This document shows positions 29,378 to 41,348 of a DNA stretch of 64,000 nt, piece by piece. Source of the stretch: Trichoplax adhaerens. Taxonomy: Eukaryota; Animalia; Placozoa. The stretch lies in the NCBI RefSeq assembly GCF_000150275.1, contig NW_002060972.1:467394-531393 (forward strand), in the 5' to 3' direction. The notes under the pieces are model-generated. The model saw only the letters and a list, made by a program, of their open reading frames with translations. It did not search any database and had not been told where the DNA came from. The first letter of the stretch is position 1. Each line of letters begins with the position of its first letter. The translations under genes and the position numbers were made by a program.

Positions 29378-30949
29378 CTACAAACGGTGATAGTATTAGC
29401 AAGGGAAAGAATGATCCACAAGCAGTCAATTTTAAACGTTTACTTTCTAGAAATATTGCATCGGATAAACAAACGCATCCTTCTGAATTGAGCTATTACT
29501 TAAAGGCCTTGATTGGTTACACCAGGATAACAAGTTTGAATTTGAACGCATAGCAAGGGGTTTCCATTAGCATATCGTGATATAAAGTAATTGTTTCTAA
29601 ATCAATACAGTACATGCTTCATTTATTTTAGGCTTTTCTACCTTCCCTTTATCAAAAGTTTTAAAAAGACAGATAGGAAATGACTTTTTCCATCGTATCG
29701 CAATACCCTAGACGAGCTGCTTTGAACTAGTAGTCAAGTAGACAACACAAGTATGCAACCGTTGTGTGATGAGTAGTGGGACATGATTTGATTGTCTTCT
29801 GCGGTATTCTAAAAGTGTGATGACAACAACTTTAGTTTTTGAATACTCTAGTATACGTAGGGTATGTTGGTATCGCGCACTATCTGTTGAAGAGAATAAG
29901 CAAATAATCCTCTAATTGACAATAACATTACTTTGGAGTTGTCTGGTGTGTGGAATTGATTTTGATCAAACGTAGGAGTCCCTGTGACCATAGAAAAGAT
30001 ATCTGTTGCGTAGAACTACAGACATGCACGTGCTTCTACATCCTCTATCAAATAAAGGGCTAATGTTGTCATTTGACGACTTGAAAATCGATCATTTGAA
30101 TACGGCGGGGCAACAGATTTTTGCAAAGTTTTCAAATTGAATTGTATACGCCAAAGTAAAACTTTAGTAAACACTTTGGGTAAACTGTTATCAATACAAT
30201 TGTAAAAAGGAAAATGGACTGATATCGATGATAAAAAAAAAAGTACAATCTTTAACAGTAATTTTACCGTTGTCTCATCAACTGAATAAGAAAGAGTTTT
30301 ATCTAAGCGATAGAATGAAGAACTCTATTTTGTTACTGCGTCTATTGTTTCTTGTTGGTTGGTGTTAGTTCTACTGTATCTTCGTCCATCTATTCAGCTT
30401 GAAGGTTAAAATTGAACAAAAGTATTGCATGTCGTGTCACCAAATTGTATACGAAATAGCGCGTAAAAGGTAAACACCTTTGAGCACTATTATTGCTAAC
30501 GCTATCGGTAAAGAGAGATGATGGAAATTCCTTTTATTGTACTTTCTGTATGGACATGAAGTTGAAAAAAAATGTCGTCAGGCGATTACTGTACAATATT
30601 GCTAATGGATATTGATTGCTGTAAGTGACTATTATAATAATAATAATTATTATTATTAAGGAAAAAGTAGTCGGATCTCAATTTCACCCATACTCCATTT
30701 TCAATTGTAACCTTGTTCAAGATTGTTATTTTGATCCAATATGGCTCCTTGGTGAATCAAGATTGCTTTTGTATCTCATTACAGTAAATCGTCGCTATTG
30801 TACTGTCTAGAAAGATGGCGATGCAGAGAGTCATTCAATCCTGTACTCTCTTTTACGAATTGTAAGCTGTGGTATTCTAATAGGAAAGATTTCTCCATAC
30901 TAACGCAAAGCGTATATAAGTTGGTTATTGATAAGAGAAGATGCGAGTA

Positions 30950-31730
30950 CGTTATGAGATGAGGGAATTTGTCTTCAAGATTGAGTATCATTCAAATCGA
31001 TTAGCAACGACAATGCTTGCCATTCGGTGGAGCTATATCAATCGACTTGTATCCGATCTACAGTACTGCATATTGAATGTGTATTGTGTCGATGGAGGAT
31101 TAAGACAATCATTACCTACTACGATCTTGTCCATACATCGAATGATCAGAGAATAAAAGTTCACGATTGAGTTCAGTCATGATAGAATTTCCCGCTTTGA
31201 ATGTGAGCTGATGCAAGACTTCAATGTTAATAATGTCACCAAATGAGTTGTTTGCTTGTAAAAAAATGAGAACCAACTGAGAATGATGACCATTAATAAG
31301 AAGAATAGTTCTTCAATTGCTTTCATGGACGATCGATAGTCATCCAGTAGGATTACATTAGCCAGCATCGAATGCCAACTTTAGTGGATAAACTCATTGA
31401 TTTGCCTACTAAAATAACCAGTTCATCCCATGTAAAACTGTCTACGAGTCGACTCTACAGGATCAATTCTATCTACGGCTTGCCATTCGTCTTTATATCA
31501 ACACCAGCTGCAGACTAATCCCATCATTTCCTCTATACGTGCTTATATATATATCAATTTTTCCACTTGATTATCTGTCTCAATCGATTGTATATAAGCA
31601 TAGACTCCGAAGTGAAAATGAACAACTACTACAGTACAATGGTCGATGCATCAGCGTTCTGACTGACATTGTACTGTACTACAGTACTGTACACAGTATC
31701 ACAAATGAGCGGACGAAATTGGACTTAGTA
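30950..31730 (-). pseudogene. A32/FtsK-HerA-type DNA packaging ATPase remnant (Polinton/Maverick-like)
   Basis: Across stops and frameshifts the minus strand reads ...KSNFVRSF...KLIYI...VILLDDY (31339-31356, Walker B)...AIEELF/LINGHHSQLVLIFLQ (GHH 31283-31291)...HQLTFK...ELNREL...LLIDL (30993-31007). This follows the Polinton ATPase motif order hhhhDD...LFxxGxHHxxxSxIFLxQ...LFK...LxRQ...YLLIDL as I recall it. Confidence 0.6.
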
Positions 31731-31944
31731 CTGTAGATAAATGAAGCCATTTGGAATCAATTTGATGTGAAAATTAGCAAAAATGCAAAACTTCATGTCC
31801 CAAATTGAATGTTAGACTTATTAGGCTACATCGACAGTACATCAATTTGATCCACTTCCATGGAGGCTTGATTGAACGTGCATGCATATCATTTTCTTTT
31901 TCCATTTTGTACAGTACTTTATACCGCAGAAGATGGAATGTTCC

Positions 31945-31964
31945 GGGGGAGGGGAGGGGGAGGG
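31945..31964 (+). other. G-quadruplex-forming motif
   Basis: GGGGG-A-GGGG-A-GGGGG-A-GGG: four G runs with 1-nt loops in an AT-rich context. Confidence 0.6.
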
Positions 31965-34625
31965 ATACACAATAAAAAAATGGCCGTGTGGACATAAAGA
32001 CATTTCACATCTAGCGAGCCAAATAGATATTTCAATGTGGGAAAAGATGTCGCGGTTAACGCTGATAGACAGTACCTGGTCATTAGACAATTTCAATTGA
32101 CCAATGGAAATTCTTAGTTCATGAACATCTGACTACATCATCATCATTACAGTTCTGGAACATTGGATACAATCAGGTTGTGACTACAAGCGATATGCCT
32201 ACTATAGATCACATGGAATCGCGTTTGAATTAATTCAATAAATTGGCAACTCACAGTTGTCGACTGTGCTGTTGAGTATAGACTACTGAATAAGTAGCGT
32301 GTTGTTCGATTGTTGTTTCTACTAAGCAAGTAAGTATAGACTATAGGTGAAGAAGTCTAAAAATTGGTGCAATTATGAGTCACTTTATAACTATGTCGTG
32401 TTGGAAGAAACGACTTCGTTTAGCAGCTACTGCGTCCAGTCATGGACTACTTCATTAAAAGGATCTTTTATTTGAGTAGCCCATAGCAAAGCAGCAATGT
32501 TTATTCTAAAATCCAAACCATAACAAATTACCATGTAGCCATCGCCATCAAATACAGTATCATACTTTATATGGAGGGTCTATTGTACAGTATCATTATG
32601 TATCTCTAAATCACAGTATTTTTATGTATGGCAGCCTAGCACTTCCACATTGAAATGATTGCATTGCTATGATAAACTTGCCTACACTTTGTGTTATGTT
32701 TTCTGTACACTCACTTGGAATTGTTTAATTTGACCTACAGTACTGTATAAGTGTATATTACCATGCCTTTTAAATTGTTTCCATTGAAGTTTTACCGATA
32801 CTTTTAATTAATGAAGCAATGTATTGATTTAAGTCCAGCTATGTTGTATTGTTGTGAATAAGGAGCATGGATCGGCAGATGAAAAGGCATGGTCGATTTT
32901 CTTCCAAGGCCATTGTGGGAAGGAAACAGTAATTTATGCATCGGTAATTTACGATAAACGTGGTTTGCAGTCCAACGAATACGTATAGCAAAACATACGG
33001 TAAAATCAGTATTCATGAAATAGTGCATAAGTAGAACTACGAAAAGCATGGAATCCAAGCCTTTCAAATGCAATATTCAAATGATAAGAATTTTAGTCAC
33101 CAGCTCATACGATGTACATTCTATGATGCTTTACTGGAAGGCACAAGCAAATGGGAACTACCTCTTGAAATTCAATACTGATTGATTTTACAGGTGGACA
33201 AACCAATACTGCTCTTTCACTGCTCGATGTGGTAGTGCGAGAGAAGGCAAATCAACTTCAATACTCTATGAAACAAGATATTGGGCAAGGGGACTTTTAT
33301 TCTTTCTCTACGTCAAAACTTGTTTAGGCGGCAACACAGTAGTCTTTACAGTCAAATGTAATTATACAAATACAGCCCAATTGATAGTTAACTTGAAAGC
33401 CTTTTATCGTCATTGATGGTAGATTGTCACAAATTGTATGTTGGTAATCAAGTTTACACGTATTCTTTTTACCACGATGTCATTAACAGATCAAAGTAGC
33501 CTTCCAAGTTTTGTGGCTCTATCGCTCCACTGATGTCATGGTTGCAATCAACATGAACATTTATACCGGCATTTGTGTACATCAAGATCGAGATACACGA
33601 TTGATATTCATTTCTAGAGTACGTATATGATCAACTATCCTGTGAGTCTATTGAAAAAGCATCAACATGTCACTGGTGCAATCTTGTTGGTATGACTTTG
33701 ATCATCATGATCCTTTATGCTAGCGATGCTATCGCATTTGATTAGCGTTGGTAAAAGCCTAGACATGATTGATTAGGAAAAGTGGGATAAATCACATTAA
33801 GAATTCTATTCTATTCTTATTATTTATTTAATTGAATTGTTGATGAGCATAGAGTATCAGGTTATCTACTGTATTATCGACAAGATCGATTCCAATATGG
33901 GACGAAATGATCGTTGTCGCTGCGTCCTACCGTGTTCTACAAAGTACAGTAATTGCAATCTACAGAGAAAATAGGTACAGATGACAGTCCTCATTGGAAT
34001 ACATAAGGTCGACGTTGCATTTGAAAATGAGACCCAAGCCAATAGCGCTATTACGAGAATGATGTTAGAATGGATAGGAAAGCGTTTACACTGAGTAGAA
34101 CATGTCTACTGTACTGTAGAGACCCTATTGATTGAAAAGTCTGCCTTGCTATGTTGCATGTAGACTGTATCCCGGTCGCATTGAAGATCCTTCCATCCCA
34201 TTACACTTTGCAGAAATCATGATTGGATACTGTCAACATACTGTAGGCAAATGGAATTTTGACGTTGGAGAGTTTTTCCTGGAAGGGTTGCACCGTCACT
34301 TGTACGGCCATCGTCAGTGACATCGTACAGTATGATTATTGGGGCTAATTACAGGGCGTTCTTATGCCAATCCTATTGCCTTACCTCATTCGATTGACGT
34401 CACTGGATTTTCCTTTATTTTTCGATGGAATGAGTACAGGGACAGAATTCATTCGGTAAATCTTTTCTGTTATACTTGCAATGACGTCGTCGGTAGACGT
34501 CTTTTGACGGGCTAAATGTCCATTTGATTCCATGATTGCTGCGGATAAAATGGATTCTCCAAGTTGTTGAAGATGGACAGTGAGTCGGTAATTCCAATTC
34601 TTATTGTAATAATAATTACACCCTT

Positions 34626-34880
34626 TACAAACCCAATTGTCACCCCCTGAAAGTATGTACTGTAGCGAGTTTGCTTTGTACTGTACTCAACTCTACTCTA
34701 CTCTACTCTACTCAGGGGGTGACAATTGTGGGTTTGTACAGTACAAACCCATTTAAAAGGATGTACAGTACTGTAGCGAGTTTGGTTTGTACTGTACTCT
34801 ATGTACAAGGTGTACAGTACATTTGAAAGGATGTACTGTAGCGAGTTTGGTTTGTACTGTACTCTATGTACAAGGTGTAG
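34626..34880. repeat. inverted repeat (hairpin) plus short direct tandem repeat
   Basis: Arms 34626-34650 and 34712-34738 are complementary (17-bp perfect core CAATTGTCACCCCCTGA). The unit GTACTGTAGCGAGTTTG(G/C)TTTGTACTGTACTC occurs 3 times. (CTCTA)n lies in the loop. Confidence 0.85.
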
Positions 34881-35399
34881 AATTTCTTTCTAGATAAATC
34901 AGTGAAAATTTTTATGATTTATTTTCGAATAAAACCCATAAAACTGTATATCTGCTTAAAGACTCAGATACTGTACTCAGCGCCAATAGCTTAAACGATG
35001 ATACATTATTCTAAGAGTCTGTACCTCAAATTTTTTAAACTGTGTTTGAGCATCATCATTGATTTCAATTTACAACAAGCATTCGGTTGCATAGAATTAG
35101 CCGCTTGCTTGATTTTGTACTGTGTTGTATACGGCATTGGTGCTAGCCTAGAGTAGCATGACCAGGAAAATAGTCATTCCTCATGGTTATTTTACACTTT
35201 TTCTATAGTAATCCCTGACAGAAGCCAACTTTTCTCAGGTCTAGTTACATCATGGATGAGTTGGACCGTTGTTTGTTTTGGTGTGTGGGCTGATTGCCTT
35301 GAGGTCATTCCTCAGAGCCATTTTGTATGTGGATTTACAAGAGACTCCACATTGATTTTTGCGCTCTAAAAATCAAGAAGAGACGGGACAGCAAAAGAA

Positions 35400-36575
35400 C
35401 TCACTGTACAGCAGAGACCCTTATTACAGAGAGACATGGCAATCTAATTATTGGTACTGTACAGTACAAGTAGTGTATGCTGTACAGTATTATTTACTAT
35501 ACTGTACACTGTACAGCAGAGACCCTAAACAGAGAGACATGAGTCATACTGTACTGTACAGTACTGTACTGTACTGTACAGTGTACAGTATGACAATGTA
35601 ATTATTAGTACAGTACAGTACAAATATACTGTATTATGTACACTTGTACAGTACACTGTACTGTACAGCAGAGACATGACAATCTAATTATTAGTACTGT
35701 ACAGTGTACCGTACAGTATGCTGTACAGTATTATGTACTATACTGTACACTGTAAAGCAGAGACCCTAAACAGAGAGACATGAGTCATACTGTACTGTAC
35801 TGTACTGTACAGTACAGTATGACAATGTAATTATTAGTACAGTACTGTACACTGTACAGTACACTGTACAGCAGAGACATGACAATCTAATTATTAGTAC
35901 TGTACAGTACAGTACCGTACAGTATGCTGTACAGTATTATGTACTATACTGTACACTGTACAGCAGAGACCCTAAACAGAGAGACATGAGTCATACTGTA
36001 CTGTACTGTATAGTATGACAATGTAATTATTAGTACAGTACTGTACAGTACAAATATACTGTATTATGTACAGTACAGTACACTGTACAGCAGAGACATG
36101 ACAATCTAATTATTAGTACTGTACACTGTACAGTACCGTACAGTATTATGTACTATACTGTGCACTGTACACTGTACAGCAGAGACCCTAAACAGAGAGA
36201 CATGAGTCATACAGTACTGTACTGTACTGTATGACAATGTAATTATTAGTACTGTACAGTGTACAGTACAGTACAAATATACTGTATTATGTACTGTACA
36301 CTCAGTGTACAGTACAGTACAAGTATACAGTATTATGTACTGTACTATACTGTACTGTACAGTGTACACTGTACAGTACAGCACAGACCCTAACAGAGAG
36401 ACATGACAATTTAATTATTAGTTCAGTACTGTATAGTTTGTACTACTGTATGTACAGTGTACTGTACGTTGGTACGTTCAAATTGGACGTTCGTACTGTA
36501 CTGTACAGTACGTTCGTTCATTAAAACTGGCTAACGTCCACAGTACTAGTACTGTATACTGTATACTGTACTACA
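35400..36575. repeat. higher-order satellite (A/B dimer ~210-240 bp, ~4 copies) with variable (TACWG)n inserts
   Basis: Two scaffolds alternate: CAGCAGAGACCCTAAACAGAGAGACATGAGTCA-TA-TGACAATGTAATTATTAG and CAGCAGAGACATGACAATCTAATTATTAG. They are separated by variable TACTG/TACAG runs. Confidence 0.95.
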
Positions 36576-38741
36576 TGGCTCGATTGTACTAGTAAATTCA
36601 CTGTTCTACAAACTCAAAATTGGTATCCGTTATTCAAAGTGTGAACGGCGTAGAAGCTTTGCGCTTTTCAATGCAGGCAATAAAGAGAAAATAGGAGTTA
36701 GTAGCTCATTTTACTCTAACTTCAACTACGTGTACAATCTCTTGTTTTCCACGCTGATTGAGAGCATTACCAAACTTTGATGCGCTTGTTAGTGTTAACT
36801 GGAGATAGTAATACACAACACTGTCGAGAAGAGAGCCTTTTACACAGTGACATGACAATCTTTTTTTTTCAAAATGGAAGAGTCTCTTGTCTACAGCACA
36901 CCGTACAGTAGGCACACCTGGGACTGATGTCAACGACGGTACACTGCATGAAAAAGGAAAGTCAAAAATAAAAAGAGATCCAAATAATTCCAGTGTCCTG
37001 TACTGTATATGCTTGCTTTTTAGGTTAAGCCAATCCCCATTTTAGTCTTGAAAGCGATCATCAGCTGTCGTAGTATTCGTCCATGATGGATTGAAACCAG
37101 TGCTTTCTTTCTTTTCCTACTGTACCTACTGTTATATCTCCATTCCGGCAGCGACGAGCACGTAGGTAGTATACAGTCGCCAACATGATCTTTAGCCTAT
37201 TTAATCGTCATCGGATTCATGCTTTGCCATACGATTAGTAATAAAGTGTCCAAAACAGGAAATTCCTGCTACAGCAATTCATACTGTTGCAAAATCCAAG
37301 ACAACTTAGGGTGTGGCTTGGGATGGAATTCCGAGATTGCCAAGACTCTGCTGGTCAAAATTGTTGACCACTGACTGCATTTGTCTACTGTTGTGTAGAC
37401 GATTCCCTGCTACATTGTACTACTGCTACCTGTTCCTTTTACAATACCTTGAAAAAGAATCATGGCCGACGGTCCTTCCGCACTACTATACAATCAGGTT
37501 TGATATTGTAGTCTGATTAAGATGAATTAATCGTTTGAACATCAATCGATTGGTATAATCCTGCATAGAGATCATCCTGTCAATGAATAGACTACCGGAT
37601 AACGCTAGTCAACATGAATGTTTGTTACGTATGAATGAGTACCGAGATGATCGAGGATAGAAATGGATATTATCGTTGATAGTTGGTTCACGACTGATCC
37701 ATGGATGAGATTGTCCAAATGACCCAATGATTGGCTGTAGTCAGTTGAAAATGGTATTTTGTAGTCCATAAACATGTTGATTCAACAGTTGATGAGATAC
37801 GAAAGAGAAGGAGAACATGGACATCCACCCAGTTGATTTTGGACTGAGGGTGGTGTACCATTTGCTTTGATACTGCAGTCAACTAGCCGATCTCTTCAAA
37901 CATGGAGTCGAGTGGACTCTACACTATACAGTCAATATCAACAACCATCCACGGTGTAGTAGCCAATTGAATCGTGGTTTACCCAATCGGCAATAAAGAT
38001 TTTTTACTGCTATCAATCAATTCCACAGCCATCTGCAATCCTTCCTCTCCATGTGATGCCTTAATTAAGCTATTGCAATGATACAGTATTGTAGACTCCG
38101 CTTCAATATCGCCAATCCAACTGGATCTTTCAAACTACTCGTATCACCATGACAGGCTTAACGGCGATGCCATGACACAGTTGGATCAATATTGGATGCT
38201 ATCATAACGCAAGTAACTCTATCTGTAGACACCGCCACCTACTGGATTTATTTTTTACCAGCTGTAGAACGTATTGTAGCTTACGATAGCTTCAACTCGT
38301 AATTCTGTACCGAACTGAAAGCTTTTGCAGCAATGTTTATGTAAGCAGGACTTTCATAGTTAGATAGTGATGTTGTCGTGCTGTAGAATTGCTATTTTTG
38401 CATGATCATAGCCTGCTGTCGAACAAGGGTTGCAACGGCTACAATGGTATGTTATATACGATATCGTAGATAATGGAGTAGGTTCGAATTTTTCCAATAT
38501 CGGAAGAACCATCATGGTTATACAGATTAATTGATTGACTTTCTACAGTACAGTACTGCCTCATAAATCTGATGCTGCCTGTGCCTTTTCAACTTGGAAT
38601 TCATGCAGTACTTGGATGTTCTACGTGTAGATAGTTTTTATTTCATTCTATCCATGTTATGCAATTCGTTGTTATCAGTCATTTCGCCACGGTGTAGTAG
38701 AGTATTCATAATTCTTGTAATGAATGCATAAATTACTGCAG

Positions 38742-41348
38742 TTACAGAATCTCTTGCAACATCCGACTGTACATTGCAAAGACGTGGAAGGCACTATTGC
38801 CAGATTACTGATGATAGCGAAGGATGGGACTGAGAAATTTCAGGTTGGTATGGCATTAATGAATCCTTTCGCTTTAGCTACCTATCGTTAAGGATGTAAT
38901 CTTAGAGATATTGAAGTGGATAATCGTATATCTTAAGAAATCGATTATAACACAATAGTCTTGAATGGAATAAAATCGATTGTGTACCGTAATGACAGAA
39001 TAAAGTTACAATCTCAGATGACTAGGTTTTTACTGAAATGTTGCTACTGTGAATAACTCACTACTTACCTATTATAATTATCCATTCAATTTATTTTGAA
39101 ACTTTGGCTGATTCTCAAATAATTAATTAACGTTATCATAAATATTTTAGTTTTTAACAGATTACGATAGGACTTTAACATACCGTATGTACAATGGCAA
39201 ATCCGCTTCCACAAGCTTTGGTAATGTCATGGGCATTTTGATGTTGCTTCGTGTACAGAATAATTTATATAGCTATACCTTCAAAAGTACAAGTGTACAA
39301 AGAGCGATGATATTAATATAAAGTCTATACATTTAGATCATGTATTCATTGGTTATAATTGCAGCGGATATGTGAAAATTTTGCTAACGTACAGCAATTG
39401 AATTTGGATTTACTGTATTCTATAAATAATTATCTTAACATATTCTATATTGCAATGTCAAAGTCGATATTGTCATTGAAAAACGATCAATTATTTTCAA
39501 ATATGGCATTGAACTGTTTTTCTTAATGTAAAATTGGAAGTTACTAACTCGAACTCGGTTTATTTTATGTAGGCGTTCTTGATAGTAATCCGCTCATTGA
39601 CAAGAGAATAAGAGACGCGGTTAGACTAATCTTACCATGTTGCAACATTACATAGGTCCAGATTGTGTCAATTGCCTTACGCTTTCATGGAAGGATTCAA
39701 TCAATACTCTATATAAACATTAATTACTTATAGATTTCAATCCTCTTACATATGGATTAAATGCACAAAATTAATAACACACTTTATGTCAAGTATAGAC
39801 TACAGGGATCATATTTCTTATGTATTTCTTTGCTAATCATTTTCTATTGCTCTGTAGGCCGAATCATTGAGAGATTATTACTATGCCATTGAAATTTCAG
39901 AGTAAAATTATTTTCATATTTACAAATTTATTTCGTATCATTAAAACCAGTTGTAACGCTACCATTTTCACACTGGACAGCAATTTTGTATTTTATGTTT
40001 TAGTAAATACACATTTGAAGAGAAAATAGCCCATATGGAAATATGGTTAGCATTATGGATTGCAAACGTTTACAGCAAACTGTATTCCTGCTCGTTTTCT
40101 AATTTAATTACTTTCACGCTGTATCGCTGGTTTCTGGTGATGATTTATAATTAATTAGAGTAAAATATGATTTTACATCTTTAGGTGGAAAGAGGGAGAG
40201 AAGTTGATGGTTAGCGCAAATATTCATAGAGATGATTTGAGCAAGCTTTTGAAAGCGTCTAGTATACGTTTACGGTAATGTAACTAAAAATCTATAAGTC
40301 ATGTTCATTTAATGTTATCTTCTAAACGAATGTTAATTTTATGCATTCTTTTTACTATTTTCAATGTTATTTACACTACAGAGATGGAATGGATGAACTG
40401 ATGGACGTCCTGGAACGGCATAATATCCCTGTGCTAATATTATCAGCTGGCATAGGAGGTGAGGCTTGGATTACCTCTTAGACCCGGAATTAGTAGCTAA
40501 TTTCACGCTTTCTATAAAATAACTCTTATCTTTTCGCATCGAATTCATTCATCCCGTTGAATAAAGTACATACAGTGGCATTTAGGTAGCTGCTAACCAT
40601 TTCTCTTTATTGTAACATTTAAATATGCGTAACGAGTTAGATGTTATCCGAGAAGGGTTTCATCAGCAATCGACATTCCATGACAATATTGAAATATTGT
40701 CAAATGTGATGATCTATAATGACGATGTAAGTTTAGCACGTTTCGTCTTCTAAATTTGATGGTGATTACATGCGATTTATTACGAGCCAATTTTTATTGT
40801 ATAGGGATATTTTATCGGTTTCCAGGAAGACGTTATTCATTCATTTAATAAAACTAGAGCTTCGGAGCATAATTCATCTTATTTTATAAAGAATAAAGTA
40901 ATGAAAATCATCATACTTGGTAGAATCCTACCATGATAGAATGTTAACTCCTTTTACTTTCTGTAATCGTATACAGGAACGTGACAATTTGATATTGATG
41001 GGCGATACGGAAGGTGATTTACATATGGCTGATGGTATTGATTACTTACGAAATAAAGTTTCTATTGGCTTCCTAAATGTAAAGGTAAATGTATAAATTG
41101 ATTTGAAACCTTAGATTTTACATAATGCATTTGGCTAACATAGCGTTTACAATATGTATTAATGACACTTGCATGCCAATATTTAATAGCATTCTAAACT
41201 CAAAAATATGCATATTGCTTAGGTGAACGAACTGCTAGATTCGTATATGGCACAATATGATATCGTTATTGCTGGGGATGAAAGCATGCATTTTGTTACT
41301 AGACTTCTAAAGACTGTGTTTGACAACGTGAGCGTTGCTGTTAGCTAG
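38742..41348 (+). CDS. NT5C3: cytosolic 5'-nucleotidase III (pyrimidine/m7GMP 5'-nucleotidase, HAD family); start exon not resolved
   Basis: Not in the ORF track. 11 phase-consistent exons: 38742-38843, 39151-39220, 39573-39619, 39858-39901, 40004-40045, 40185-40274, 40382-40458, 40641-40726, 40805-40897, 40977-41084, 41223-41348. HAD motifs FLTDYDRTLT (DxDxT), PVLILSAGIGDVI, IHSFNK, NLILMGDTEGDLHMADG, IGFLN, YDIVI. Confidence 0.93.

Larger units (their letters stand above)
30700..38650. mobile_element. decayed large element, probably Polinton/Maverick (adintovirus)-like; boundaries approximate
   Basis: Broken intronless coding-like frames on both strands, including a packaging-ATPase remnant. 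Also contains an internal hairpin and satellite, and appears less AT-rich than the flanks by eye. No TIRs or TSD were found. Confidence 0.5.

Noticed and set aside
29444-30390. Candidate AMPD 5' exons and start codons
   Set aside because: Several donors and ATGs are possible, but none gave an unambiguous phase-consistent model.
30631-30658. (AAT)n(TAT)n palindromic microsatellite, and a (TCAA)n tract near 625-655
   Set aside because: Ordinary short simple repeats.
33000-33062. GFHAFRS (tyrosine-recombinase HxxR-like) on the minus strand
   Set aside because: No other recombinase motifs at the expected spacing.
35400-36575. CRISPR-like appearance (constant repeats separated by variable spacers) and ORFs 35359-35601 and 36106-36384
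   Set aside because: The spacers are low-complexity TACWG strings, there are no cas genes and the context is eukaryotic. The Y/C/T/V-rich ORFs are artefacts of the repeat.
37600-38160. HHPQSK (integrase-like), HGDTSS and LGHLDN (PolB-like) fragments on the minus strand
   Set aside because: The motifs are short, mutually inconsistent and lack flanking catalytic residues; they cannot be assigned without a profile search.
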